64,000 nt of DNA from Isurus oxyrinchus. Lineage: Eukaryota. The notes under the pieces are model-generated. The model was not told the origin of the DNA, made no database searches, and worked only from the letters and a program-made list of their open reading frames with translations. The stretch is from contig JANJGN010000071.1 of NCBI GenBank assembly GCA_026770705.1, forward strand, positions 744,001 to 808,000, in the 5' to 3' direction. Of the stretch, positions 48,851 through 61,709 are shown in pieces (position 1 is the first letter of the stretch; every line of letters begins with the position of its first letter). Made by a program: the position numbers and the translations under genes.

Positions 48851-49544
48851 CCCTGTGTTGATATTTCTGCTGACAGGTGGACAGTCATTGACCAGGAGTT
48901 TCTCCTGTGGGTCAGTGGGTTTCACAGCCAAATTCAGGGGGTCAGAATGTTGTGGGATTCAAGACCCCATTCAGGGGACGTCTGCCCCACAGACTAGACT
49001 GAAACTGCCCAGTGTCAGTACTGAGGGAGTGCTGCACTGTCGGATGGTCATTACTGCACTATTGTAAGGTCAGTACTGAGGGAGATCTCCACTGTTTGAG
49101 GGTGAGTACTGAGGGAGTGCTGCACTGTCAGAGGGACATTAATCAGGGAGTGCCGCACTGTTAGAGGATCAGTACTGAGGGAGTGCCGCACTGTTGAAGG
49201 GTCAGTATTAAGGTGCTGATTTACAAGACAGGACAATGGATTAGGAGCCCTCAGAACTCCCCCCGTGATTTCCAATCATTCCGTTACTTACCCCCGACCT
49301 GTCCGACTGCTCGCCTGGGGAGGAACTGCCCACACGCTCTGCTTGGGCTGAATGACCTCTTCCTGTGCTGCTCCCTATTTGTGTTTAATTAAAAAGTTTG
49401 GATGTGTCACTGTGAGTCAAAATGAGGAAGTGCTTGGTACCAAGTGAGAAAGCAGCTCTTTGCCTCGCACTGTTAGAAAACTGTTAACCCTTTGCGTGCC
49501 AAGAATGTTTTTGAAGGGCCATTGACTGTTCACATGCAACAAGC

Positions 49545-49940
49545 TCGAGGGGTTGACTGGGCCTCCTCCTGTTCCTGTGTAACAGGCACGAGGAGGGTGA
49601 ATAGGCCTCCTCCTGTTCCTGTGTAACAGGTTCAAGGGGACAGAATGGGCCTCCTCCAGTTTCTGTGTAACAGGCTCATGGGGCACAATGGGTCTCCTCC
49701 TGTTTCTGTGTAACAAGCTTGAGGGGCTGAATGGGCCTCCTCCTGTTCCTGTGTAAAAGGCTCGAGGGGCTGAATGGGCCTCCTCCTGTTCCTGTGTAAC
49801 AGGCTCATGGGGGCTGAATGGCCTCCTTCTCTCACTGTGTACCAGGCTCATGGGGCTGAGTGGGCCTCCTCCTGTTCCTGTGTAAAAGGCTAAAGGGGCT
49901 GAATTGGCCTTCCCCAGTTCCTGTGTACCAGGCTCGAGTA
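49545..49940. repeat. ~42-bp CR1-derived minisatellite (resumes at 50800-51140)
   Basis: Tandem units on both sides of a Penelope element. Confidence 0.85.
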
Positions 49941-49944
49941 CATT

Positions 49945-50790
49945 AGGAGCATCATTGGGAGCAGCATTTCACTTGCACTTTCCTCAATTTAATCTACTGC
50001 ATTCACTGCTCCCAATGTGGTCTCCTCTACATGGGACAGACCAAACACAGACTGGGTGATTGCTCTGATGAACACCTTCGGTCTGTCCACAAGCATGACC
50101 CAGACCTCCCTGTCGCTTGCCATTTTAACACCCCACCCTGCTCTCATGCCCACATGTCCGTCCTTGGCCTGCTGCATTGTTCCAGTGAAGCCCAACGCAA
50201 ACTGGAGGAACAGCACCTCATCTTCCGACCTGGCACTTTACAGCCTTCCCGACTGAATATTGAGTTCAACAATTTCAGATCATGAACTCTCTCCTCCATC
50301 CCCACCCCCTTTCCAATCTCCCTTTTCCATTAATTTATCATTTTTAATATTTTTTTTAATCATATATTTTTCTTTTCCCATCTATTTCCATTATTTTTAA
50401 ATGTTTTACATCTGTTGTTGTATCTCTACCTTTTAGCCTATTTCAATCCTTTCCCCCCACCCCACCCCCACTAGGACTATCTGTCTCTTGCTCGTCCTGC
50501 TTTCTACCCTTAATGTCCCCATTAGCACATTCCTCAGATAATATCACCACCGTCAACACCCCTTTGTCCTTTTGTCTATCACATCTTTGGCAACCTCTTC
50601 TTTACCTCCACCTATCACTGGCCCACAATCCAGCTCTACCTGCCCCACCCCCTCTACCAGCTAAAACGTCACCTCATTTCTCAATTTCCTTAGTACTGAT
50701 GAAGAGTCTTACAGACCCAAAACGTCAAGTGTGTTCCTCTCCGCAGATCCTGTCAGACCTGCTGAGTTTTTCCAGCTATTTTTGTTTTTG
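49945..50790 (+). mobile_element. Penelope-like element (GIY-YIG fragment plus terminal repeat)
   Basis: LYMGQTKHRLGD..EHLRSV..DLPVACHFN..LEEQHLIFRPGTLQPSRLNIEF. Confidence 0.85.
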
Positions 50791-52477
50791 CTCCTGCTCT
50801 TGTGGAACAGGCTTGAGTGGCTGAATGGAGCCCCTATTGTTCCTGTGTAACAAGCTTGTGGAGGCTGAATGGGTCTCCTGTACCTGTGTAACAGGCTCAA
50901 GGGGACAGAATGGGCCTCCTCCTGTTCCTGTGTAACAGGCTCGAGGAGGGTGAATGGGCCTCCTCCTGTTCCTGTGTAACAGGTTCAAGGGGACAGAATG
51001 GGCCTCCTCCTGTTCCTATGTAACAGGCTCAAGGGGACAGAATGGGCCTTCTCCTGTTCCTGTGTTACAGGCTCAAGGGGAAAGATTTGGCCTCCTCCTG
51101 TTCCTGTGTAATAGGCTCGAGGAGCTGAATGTCCTCCTCTCATTAAAAATAAACACTGCAGATGCTGTAAATCTGAAATAAACACAGAAAATGCTGCATT
51201 AACTCAGCAGGTCTGGCAGCAGCTGTGGAGAGAGAAACAGAGTTTTTGCTTTGAGACTCTGAAGAAGAGTCATACGGACTCGAAATGTTAATTCTGTTTA
51301 TCTCTGCACAGATGCTGCCAGACCTACTCAGTTTCTCCAGCATTTTCTGTTTTTATTTCAGGTGCCCTCTTGCTCCTGTGTAGCAGGCTCGAGGGGGCTG
51401 AATGGCCTCCTCCTGTTCCGATTCAATGGGCAGTCAAAGCATGTGTCTGATTTTGGACCTCGAACCCAAATCTGTCCTCAAATCATTAACAGAGAAAATG
51501 ACCAGTTACAGATCAATGCAGGAGGATTATTTATTTTCCCAATCTTTGAATCAAGCATCTCATCAAACACAGAGCGGAACCAGGATCGACTATGTTGGTC
51601 TCTGTGATCTGTAACACATCGCACAGTCCACCCATCCAATCAGCCATCAGGATGGATGCTAAATTTACTCTCCAAGTCTGAAAGACTAAAATGGTGGTTT
51701 ACTGCAGCTATATCTCATTCTGTTATCAAAGCTGTCTCATCCATCCAATGACATACTGCAGAAAATAAACCTGCAACCAATTTTTCACATCATAGTTTTC
51801 AATGTTCATTGGCAACATCAATGTAAACATGTCACGCTGAAATGATGTCCTCCCACCAGTGGTGGCACTGTAGCACATCTGTTATCCTCTAAGCTGCAGA
51901 GAATTTCACAACTCTCCAATCAAATTGTTTCCCTGTTTCCCAGATTCTTGTTTGTTTCGCTGTTTAACGATGAAGTGTAAAATCCAAATGTATATCTGAA
52001 AATACATTTGACTACAAAATGCTGAGTAAATTTTACCAGTCTCCTCTGCTCCAATTATCCACCGATCCTGCATTTCCTGAAGTCTACACTGGCTGATGAA
52101 TATTCTGTAAACACTGACAGACAGGAAGGTGAATAACAGAATGAAAATTAACTCATAATCACAGACACGGGATTGAATTTGTCCGTTCTGTCCTGGTACA
52201 TCATCGAACGATATCTAAAGACATTTACAATCAGAATGGAGAGAAGGATGTTTCCAACTGTGAGGGACAATTCTGAAGGAGGATGTACGAATTGAAACCC
52301 ACAGACAACCATCCTGGATAGATCATTCCGAAGAAATTCCATCAGTTTGTAACAAGAGGTTTAAATCGATTTCCTGGGAGTGAGTTCCTGTGGATATTAG
52401 GAAGGTAAATTGGAGTTTTGAATGATTCTCCCGTTCTGTATTCTCCCCACACTGTGTGTGTCTCATTCTTGCTCAGT

Positions 52478-52592
52478 TTATAAATTCCCATAAACAGAAT
52501 CCTTGGCAAATTCACAGTTTGCGTAAAGATCATCATCTGTATCAGGAGACTCCGCGGTTAGATTTCATTTCCAGAACCTTCTCATCTTTCTT
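52478..52592 (-). pseudogene. Terminal cytoplasmic exon (DLYANC, SVYGNL), frameshifted
   Basis: tctattacag|KKDEKVLEMKSNR/(+1 nt)ESPDTDDDLYANCEFAKDSVYGNL*. Confidence 0.7.
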
Positions 52593-52689
52593 CTGTAATA
52601 GAAACAGAAATGATCAGAGTGACAATCAGAGTGATCAGTGTTTAGTATTATTGAACCAAATCGAAAATTCCACCCACAATAGATACATT

Positions 52690-53025
52690 AATTATTGATA
52701 CTGAACAGGGTTTGATTATTGATACTGAACGGGGTTTGATTATTGATACTGAACGGTGTTTGATTATTGATTCTGAACGGGGTTTGATTATTGATACTGA
52801 ACGGGGTTTGATTATTGATTCTGAACGGGGTTTGATTATTGATACTGAACGGGGTTTGATTATTGATTCTGAACGGGGTTTGATTATTGATACTGAACGG
52901 GGTTTGATTATTGATTCTGAACGGGGTTTGATTATTGATTCTGAACTGGGTTTAATTATTGATTCTGAACAGGGTTTGATTATTGATACTGAACGGGGTT
53001 TGATTATTGATTCTGAACGGTGTTG
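52690..53025. repeat. 24-bp minisatellite (TTGATTATTGAT[A/T]CTGAACGGGGT), ~14 copies
   Basis: Near-perfect tandem array inside an intron. Confidence 0.95.
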
Positions 53026-53153
53026 GGTGTGAGTTTGTTTGGGTTTGGGAGTGACTGTCTAAAACATTGCAGATACAGGACTGGAGCAGCCATATCAATA
53101 ACCAGGCTACTGGAGCACCTGAGAGGCTGGGGATCCTGTGGTTTGTGACTCAC

Positions 53154-53258
53154 CTGATTCCTTAAAGCCCAACCACACTCACAGTTTTCATAAACAGGAC
53201 CTCGATATTCATCAGCACGATGGTTCGATTTGATTCCTGCTTTCCCCTTGCCTCTCTT
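53154..53258 (-). pseudogene. Cytoplasmic exon (PVYENC) with a mutated acceptor
   Basis: 105 nt, phase 0/0, KRGKGKAGIKSNHRADEYRGPVYENCECGWALRNQ|gtgagt. The acceptor reads cgg where the paralogous exon has cag. Confidence 0.6.
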
Positions 53259-54610
53259 CCGAAATAGAGATGGAAATGGACAGAGTGACAATCAACATGA
53301 TGTTTATTCGGTGTTGGGTTTGATTATTGGGGAGAGAGTTCCAGATTTCCACTCCCCTTTGTGTGAAGAAGTACTTCCTGACATCACCCCTGAACGGCCT
53401 GGCTCCAACCTGAAGTTCCAGCCCCCTTGTTCTGGACTCCACCCAACCCCCACCACCCACCCCCACCCGAGGGAATAGCTTCTCTCTATTGACCCTATCG
53501 AGTGTTTAATCAGTTTGAACCCCTCAGTTAGATCCCTCTTTAATCTTCTAGACCCGAGGGAATATAATCGTAGACTGTGTGTAACCTGTCTGCATAATTT
53601 AACCAGAAAGATGTTCTGTACAACAGACCTGAGCCTCACACCCAGATCTCAATAATCAGTAGAAATCTTTCAAAGGCATCAATCATTGGAATCTCTCTTT
53701 ATAAAGTCACAACATCAACAAAGGACGGTGTTGGTCGTGGAAGTGAATTCCAATCGTTCCGTTACTTACCCAGGACCTGTCCGACAGCTCGCCTGGGGAG
53801 GAACTGCCCACACGCTCTGCTTGGGCTGAATGACCTCTTCCTGTGCTGCTCCCTCTGTGTGTTTAATGAGAAAGGGTGGATGTGTCTCTGTGAGTCAAAT
53901 CAGGAATTGGGGAACAATTGTGAAAACCCTTTCACTGAAACATAGGGCCTGAGTGTTGTGTTGTAAACAAACTGTTAACCCTTTGTGTCCTGACTCTGTG
54001 ACGCGATTCCTGTGTAAAGCTGAGCAGTCGTTGAGCGAGTTTCAATTCACTGCTCACTCCAGGTGTTGAGGTGGATCTTCTGAAGGAACAGATGTTGCTC
54101 AGCGCTCCTTAAAAACGTGAGAGACTGAACAATGTGTAAGAGGACGAGAAAAAGAATGAGAAGGAGAGCATTAGTGGAGATTGAAGAGAGAGTGAATGAG
54201 AGAGAGAATGAGAAGGAGAGCATTAGTGGAGATTGGAGAGAGAGTGAATGAGAGAGAGAATGAGAAGGCGTGCATTAGTGGAGATAAGAGAGAGTGAATG
54301 AAACATGGAAAAAGGAAAGAGATTGCATTCACTAACAAAAGAAAGGTTTTCATTTATATAGCTCCTTTCACATCCTCAGTAGGTCACAAGGTATCTTATG
54401 GTCCGGGTCAACACTGCCAGTTACAGGACTGAGTTGTGAAACAGTGAATGTTGGATGAGATGTTAAACAGTAGGTGAAAATCAAAACTCTTCAGGGGCTG
54501 TGAAGGGTTCTGGGTTGTGAAAGGTGCTATAGAAATGCAAGTTCTTTCTATAAGGAGAGAACTTTGAAGAAAACATTTTCAAAAACAACCAATTAAACCT
54601 TCACACTTAC

Positions 54611-54707
54611 TTTCTCACACACTTGAAGATGAAGAATCCACTCAGTCCAACACTCAGACAGATTCCAGCTCCAAGCAATCCTGCTTTGCATTCATTGGAA
54701 TCTCGCC
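54611..54707 (-). pseudogene. TM exon of the CD22/Siglec-like pseudogene
   Basis: 97 nt, phase 1/2, paralogous to 21355-21451. Reads RDSNECKAGLLGAGICLSVGLSGFFIFKCVRK. Confidence 0.82.
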
Positions 54708-54869
54708 CTGTAAAATCAGCCAATGAATGACTCCGGTACAGTTTGAGAATGGTTCCCTATGTACATGTAGTAATTCTGAACTTGTGAAGTGATATTGTCT
54801 ATGCATGAAAGGTCTATACAAATAACATTTATCTATGTAATATTTATTGATAATATCCATGTACATGCA

Positions 54870-55935
54870 GGTTTCTATAAGGAGGATTCACATATAACAG
54901 AGGTGCCAAGCTGCTGAGGTGACACACAGGACTACATACACGCCAAACAGTGGAAACAACATGCTATAGACAGAGCAAAGCGATCCCACAACCAACGGGT
55001 CAGATCTAAGCTCTGCAGTCCTGCCACATCCAGTCATGAATGGTGATGGACAATTAAAGATCTAACAGGAGGAGGATGTTCCACAAATATCCCCATCCTT
55101 AATGATGGGGGAGCTCAGCACATCAGTGCAAACGACAAGGCTGAAGCATTGGCAACCATGTTCAGCCAGAAGTGCTGAGTGGATGCTCCATCTCGGCCTC
55201 CTCCAGAGGGTCCCAGCATCACAGATGTCAGCTTTCAGACAATTCGATTGACTCCACGTGACATCAGGAATCAGCTGATGATACTGGATACAGCAAAGGC
55301 TATTGGCCCTGGCAACAACCCGGCAACAGGAAATAGTGTGGCTACAAATGCGGGTAAGAGGCTGGGAACTCTGTGGTGAGTAATTCAACTCCTGACCACC
55401 CAAAGCCTGTCCACCATCGACAAGGCACAAGTCAGGAGTGTGATGGAATAATCTCCAATTGCCTGAATAAGTGCAGCTCCAACAACACTCAAGAAACTCA
55501 ACACGATCCAGGAGCAGCTTGTTTGATCGACAGCCCATCCACCAGCATAAACATTCATACCCTCCACCACTGGCACACAATGGCAGCAGTGTATGCACCA
55601 TCTACAAGATGTACTGCAGCAACTCACCAAGGCTCCTTCGACAGCACCTTCCAAACTCTTAACCTCTTCCACTGAGACAGTTCCAAGTCAGTGAGGTGTG
55701 TGATTTGGAAGCGAACTTGAGGTGGTGGTCTGCCCTGGGACTCGGAAATATATCGGCTGTTCCTTCACCATCACTGGGACAAAATCCTGGAACTCCCTCC
55801 CTAACAGCACTGTGGGTGTGCCTACACCACATGGACTGCAGTGGTTAAAGAAGGCAGCTCACCACCACCTTCTCAAGGGGCAGTTACAGATGGGCAATAA
55901 TTTCTGGTCTTGTCAACAATGCCCACATCCCATGA
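54870..55935 (+). mobile_element. Non-LTR retrotransposon fragments (same family as 23717-25785)
   Basis: Shared sequence gtgcagctccaacaacactcaag...gcagctcaccaccaccttctcaagggg. Confidence 0.75.
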
Positions 55936-55973
55936 GCTAACAACAAGAGAATGTAGAATTCTGTGTAACTCAC

Positions 55974-56255
55974 GTTCCACACTGATGGTTATAAATCCCT
56001 CCACTGCTCCATGTTCATTCTCTGCCACACACTGATAGTGTCCAGTGTCCCTGGATGTAACGTGAGGAATCACCAACCACAGCTCATTGTTGGAACTTGT
56101 TCTGTTCATTGGGACATTAAGATGTTGCCACGTCAGGTTAGAAGCTGGGAAGCTCTCGACAGAGCAGATTATCACGGCAGAATTCCCCTCAATTATATTG
56201 ATCGATGAAGTGTTAATCATATCAAGAGAATTAATTGAGAGATTCTGTGGTGTGT
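55974..56255 (-). pseudogene. C2-set Ig exon (itself intact), near-identical to the 18-20 kb exons
   Basis: 282 nt, phase 1/1, TPQNLSINSL..CSVESFPASNLTW..YQCVAENEHG. It belongs to a gene disabled in other exons. Confidence 0.85.
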
Positions 56256-56384
56256 CTAAAAACAAATAAAGATCAGTTACTTACATTGACTGTGAAACAC
56301 TTTGAGAGACCCTGAGAATGTGAAAGGTGTGATATCAATGTAGGTTCCTTCACCACAAAGCACTTAATTCAGGCAGACACTTCA

Positions 56385-57045
56385 ATTCAGTACTGAGGGA
56401 GTGCTGTACTGTTGGAGGGTCAGTACTGATGGAGTGCTGCACTGTTGGAGGGTCAGTACTGAGGGAGAGCTGCCCTCTTGGAGCGTTAGTACTGATGACC
56501 TGCTGCACTGTTGGAGGGCGGGTACTGTGAAATCTGGACTGCCGCATAGTCAGTACTGAGCAAGTACTTCACTGTCAGAGAATAGTACTGAGGGAGTGCT
56601 GAACTGTTGGAGGATCAGTACTGAGGGAGTGCTGCACTGTTGGAGGATCAGTACTGAGGGAGTGCTGCACTGTCGGACGGTCAGTACTGATGGAGTGGTG
56701 CACTGTCAGAGGTTCAGTACTGAAGGAGTGCTGCACTGTTGGAGGGTCAGTACTAAGGGAGTGTTGCACTGTTGGAGGGCCAGTACTGGAAGAGTGCTGC
56801 ACTGTCGGAGGGTCAGTAATTAGGGAGCTCTGCACTGTTGGAGGGTCAGTACTGAGGGGGGTGCTGCACTGTCGGAGGGTCAGTACTGAGGGAGTGCTGC
56901 ACTGTCGGAGGGTCAGGACTGAGGGAGTGCTGCACTGTTGGAGGGTCAGTAATTAGGGAGTGCTGCACTGTCAGAGGGTCAGTACTGAGGGAGTGCTGCA
57001 CTGTCGGAGGGTCAGTAATTAGGGAGCTCTGCACTGTTGGAGGGT
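56385..57045. repeat. 33-bp minisatellite
   Basis: Tandem units seen directly. Confidence 0.9.
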
Positions 57046-57046
57046 G

Positions 57047-59345
57047 ATAAGACCATAAGACCACAAGACATCAGAGCAGAAGGAGGCCATTTGGCCAATC
57101 AACTCTGCTCCGCCATTCAATGACACCATGGCTGATCTGACAATCCTCAACTCCACTTTCCTGCTTTTTCCCCATAGCCTTTGATTCCCTGACTGATTAA
57201 AAAACTGTGTCTCTCAGCCTTGAATATAATTAATGACCCAGCCTCTGCAGCTCTCTGCAGTAAAGAATTCCACACATTCACTACCCTCTGAGGGAAGAAA
57301 CTCCTCATCTCTGTCTTAAATGGGTGACCCCTTACTCTGAGATCATGCCCTCTGGTCCTAGACTCTCCCACAAGGGGAAACAACCTCTCAGCATCTACCC
57401 TGTCAAGCACCCTAAGAATCTTATATGTTTCAATAAGGTCAGCTCTCATTCTCCTAAACTCCAATGAGTACAGGCCCATCCTACTCAACCTCTCCTCATA
57501 TGAAAATCCCTCCATTACTGGGATCAACCTAGTGAACCTTCTCTGGACTGCCTCCAATGCCAGTACATCTTTCCTTAGATAAGGGAACCAAAACTGCTCA
57601 CAGTATTCTAGGTGTGGTCTAACTAGTGCCTTGTATAGTTTTAGCAAGACTTCCCTATTTTTATACTCCATTCCCTTTGAAATAAAGGCCAACATTCCAC
57701 CTGCCTTCCCTATTAACTGTTGAACTTGTAAGTTATCTTTCTGATGACCCCCAAATTCCTCTATGCTTCAGCTTTCCAATGTCTTTCTCCATTGAAATAA
57801 TATTCAGCTCCTCTATACATCCTGCCACAGTGCAGCAGCTCACATTTTCCCACATTATATTCCATCTGCCAAGTTGATGCCCACTCACTGAACCTGTCTA
57901 TGTCTCTCTGTAGACTCTTTGTGACACCCTCACCGCTTGCCTTCCCATCTATTTTTGTGTCATCCGCAAACTTGGCGAAAGTACATTAATTTCCCTCATC
58001 CAAGTCATTAATATATATTGTAAATAATTGTGGCCCCAGCACTGATCCTTGTGGCACTCCACAGGTTGCCATCCTGAACATGCCCCCCTTATCTCAAATC
58101 TCTGACTTCTATTAGTTCGCCGATCCTCTATCCATGCTAATATACTGCCCCCAACACCATGGGCTCTTATCTTATTAAGTAGCCTTATATGTGGTAATTT
58201 ACTGAATGCCTTTTGGAAATCCAAATATATTACATCTACTGGTTCCCCTTTATCTATCCTGTTTGTTACCTCCTCAAAGAATTCTAATAAATTTGTCATG
58301 CATGATTTCCTCTTCATGAAGCCTGTGTGTGATTAAATTATGCATTTCTAAATAGTCTGCTTTTACATCCTTTATAAAGGACTCTAACATGTTCCCAATG
58401 ACAGATGTTAAGCTCACTGGCCTATAGTTACCTGTTTGTTGTCTCCCTCCCTTTTTGAATATGGGTGTTACATCGGCAGTTTTCCAATCCTCTGGGACTT
58501 TCCCAGAATCTAAGGATTCTTGGAAGATTAAAACCAGTACATCCACTATCTCTGCAGCTACTTCCTTTAATATCCTAAGATGCAACCTATCAGGTCCAGG
58601 GGACCTATCAGCCTTGAGACCCATGACTTTCCCTAGTATTATTCTCTAGTGATAGTTACTGTATTTATTTCCTCTCCCCACCCCCCTTTTGCCCCTTGAT
58701 TATTTAGTATTTTTGGAATGCTATTAGTGTGTTCTACCGTGAAGACTGATGCAAAGTATTTATTCAACTCCTCTGTCATTTTCTGGTCCCCCATTATTAT
58801 TTCCCCAGCCTAGTTCTCTAAGGGGCCCATGTTCACTTTGGTCTCTCTCTCCATTTTTATATATTTAAAGAAGCTTTTACAGTCCTTTGTTTAATAATTT
58901 GCTAGTTTACATAGTTTTCTGCCTCTTTATTTATTTTTTGGTCATCTTCTGTTGGTTTTTAAAACGTTCCCAATCCTCTGGCTTACCACTAACCATATTG
59001 CATGGTTTCTCTTTCAATTTGACACACACCTTAACTTCTTTGGGTAACCCAGGTTGGTTTATTCTCTTCCTACAATCCTTCTTCCTCACTGGGATATATC
59101 GTTGTTGTGAGTCATGAGCTATTTTGTTAAAGATCTGCCATTGTTCATCCAGCATCTTTTCTGCTAAACCCCTTTCCCAGTCCACTCCAGACAACCCTGT
59201 CCTTATTCCTTTGTAATTACACTTATTTAAGTCCAGCACAGTTGTTTCCGACCCAAGTTTCTCAGTCTCAGAGGGAATGCTAAATTGTACCAGGTTATGG
59301 TCACTGTTTTCCAGGGAATCATTTATTCTGAGATCATGTATTAAA
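57047..59345 (-). mobile_element. CR1 LINE ORF2 (RT), degenerate, ~2.3 kb
   Basis: SPGPDRLH, NYRPVSLTS, VDVIYLDFQKAF and LYKALVRPHLEYC motifs. Confidence 0.92.
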
Positions 59346-59346
59346 C

Positions 59347-60140
59347 CTAAAACAAAAACAGAATTACCTGGAAAAACTCAGCAGGTCTGGCAGCATCGGT
59401 GGAGAAGAAAAGAGTTGACGTTTCGAGTCCTCATGACCCTTCAACAGAATTAGGTGAGTCCAAGGAAGGGGTGAAATATAAGCTGGTTTAAGGTGTGTGT
59501 GTGTGTTGTGGAGGGGAGGTGGGGGGAGGGCAGCGGGGTTGGGTGGGGGCTGAGAAGTGGAGGGGGTTGGTGTGGTTGTAGGGACAAACAAGCAGTGATA
59601 GAAGCAGATCATCAAAAGATGTCACAGACAACAGAACAAAAGAACTCAGAGGTGTTGAAGTAGGTGATATATATCTACATGAATGTTTTAATTAAGAATG
59701 GATGTTTGGGGAATTAAGGTACAGCTCTAGTGGGGGTGGGGGGAGCATGAAAGATTTAAAAATATTTAAAAATAATGGAAATAGGTGGGAAAAGAAAAAT
59801 CTATATAATTTATTGGAAAAAACAAAAGCAAGGAGGAAGAAACAGAAAGGGGGTGGGGATGGGGGAGGGAGCTCAAGACCTAAAGTTGTTGAACTCAATA
59901 TTCAGTCGGGAAGGCTGTAAAGTGCCAGGTCGGAAGTTGAGGTGCTGTTTCTCCAGTTTGCGTTGGGCTTCACTGGAACAATGCAGCAGGCCAAGGACAG
60001 ACATGTGGGCAAGAGAGCAGGGTGGAGTGTTAAAATGGCAAGCGACAGGGAGGTCTGGGTCATGCTTGTGGACAGATCGAAGGTTTTCATCAGAGCGATC
60101 ACCCAGTCTGTGTTTGGTCTGTCCCATGTAGAGGAGACCT
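59347..60140 (-). mobile_element. Penelope-like element
   Basis: GIY-YIG fragment MGQTKHRLGDRSDE.. plus terminal repeat. Confidence 0.85.
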
Positions 60141-60144
60141 CTGG

Positions 60145-60640
60145 GAGGGTATATTGTCCTCGGAGGGGCTGCAGCCCAGAGTCATCAGAACGATCCCGGG
60201 GCTGAAAGGGTTAAATCCCGAGGACAGGTTGCACAGACCAGGCTTGTGTTCCCTCGTGTCTCGAAGATTAAGGGGTGATCTAATTGAGGGGTTTAAGATG
60301 ATTAAAGGATTCGATGGGGTTGACAGAGAGAAACTATTTCCCATGGTGGTGGGGGTGAGGTGAGGGGGGGTCCAGAACAAGGGGGCAGAACCTTAAAATT
60401 GGAGCCAGGCCATTCAGGGGGTGATGTCAGGAAGCACTTCTTCACACAAAGCGGGGGTGGAAATCTGGAACTCTCTCCCCCAGAAAAAGCTGTCGAGACT
60501 GGGAGGGGTCAATTGTAAATTTCAAAACTGAGATTGGGAGATTTTTGTTGGGTCGGGGAGTGTTTAAGGTTTAAGGAACCGAGGTGGGTGGATGGGGTTA
60601 AGATACAGAACAGCCGTGATCTGATTGAATGGGGGAACAG
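60145..60640 (+). mobile_element. CR1 LINE 3' fragment
   Basis: IPGLKGL..RRLRGDLIEGFK. Confidence 0.8.
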
Positions 60641-61230
60641 GCTGATTATTGAATGACTGGGAATGTCAGCCCAGTGTATGGATCGCCAATCTCTAGAACG
60701 GGAGGATTCCTCTTCTATTGGAATTCATTCAGTAATGTGGGCATCACTGGCAGGGCCAGCGTTTATTGCCCATCCCTAGTTGCCCCTTGAGAAGGCGGTG
60801 GTGAGCCGCCCGCTCGAATACAACTGAGTGGCTTGCCCGGCCCATTCAGAGGGGCAGTTAAGATTCCCCCACATCGCTGTGGGTCAGGAGTCACATGTAG
60901 GCCAGACCGGGTAAGGATGGCAGAATTCCCTCCCTAAAGGAGATTACTGACCCAGATGGGTTTTTACAACAATCTGGTAGTTTCATGGTGACCATCACTG
61001 AGAATTGTGAACAAACTGTGGAGCAATGTCGACTTGCCAGCCAATCAGCACGCCCTCTTCCCCCGCATCAGAAATGGCTGTTCCCTTTGAGATTGGGTTT
61101 TCTCGTGACTCTGTCCTGACGAGGATTGAAACCTTCGACAGCATGTTTTCAGCAACACCCAAGGGGGTGTTCACCTCGGAGTTTGGACAAGATGTGGAAT
61201 TGTTTAAAAGTCAGGATTGAAATTACTCAC

Positions 61231-61709
61231 ATTCAGTGGGAATTCTAATGGGCAGAGACTGGGAACTGCCCAGGATACTTGTTGCTTCACAGTAGTAGGA
61301 GATTTCCTCATCGAATCCATAAGGAACTGTAATAGTTTGACCAGCAAGCGCGAGATTCGTCACCTTTCCTTGGGAGATCTTAAACCAGGTGAAATTGTGG
61401 ACTGCTGGATTCCCGTCACTGGAACAACTTAGAGAAATCACCTTTCCTTTTTCCAGGTCTGGCAGCATCGGCGGAGAAGAAAAGAGTTGACGTTTCGAGT
61501 CCTCATGACCCTTCGACAGAACTGACAGTTCTGTCGAAGGGTCATGAGGACTCGAAACGTCAACTCTTTTCTTCTCCGCCGATGCTGCCAGACCTGCTGA
61601 GTTTTTCCAGGTAATTCTGTTTTTGTTTTGGATTTCCAGCATCCGCAGTTTTCTTTGTTTTTATTTCCTTTTTCCAGTGTCATCCTGACAGACGTGTTGT
61701 GAGGAGAAT
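61231..61709 (-). pseudogene. CD22-like C2-set exon disrupted by a Penelope insertion
   Basis: Removing 221 nt restores 258 nt: SPHNTSVRMTLEKGKVISLSCSSDGNPAVHNFTWFK..YYCEATSILGSSQSLPIRIPTE|gtgagt. Confidence 0.88.
61457..61663 (+). mobile_element. Penelope terminal-repeat insertion with a perfect palindrome and 14-bp TSD
   Basis: TSD tttcctttttccag at 61443-61456 and 61664-61677. 71-bp inverted arms centred on 61525. Confidence 0.85.

Noticed and set aside
52712-53032. IIDTERGL repeat protein
   Set aside because: Translation of an intronic 24-bp minisatellite with no splice or start context.
54058-54107. Possible first cytoplasmic exon of the CD22-like pseudogene
   Set aside because: Splice-like ends exist, but the 50-nt length does not give the required phase 2/0 and there is no recognisable homology.
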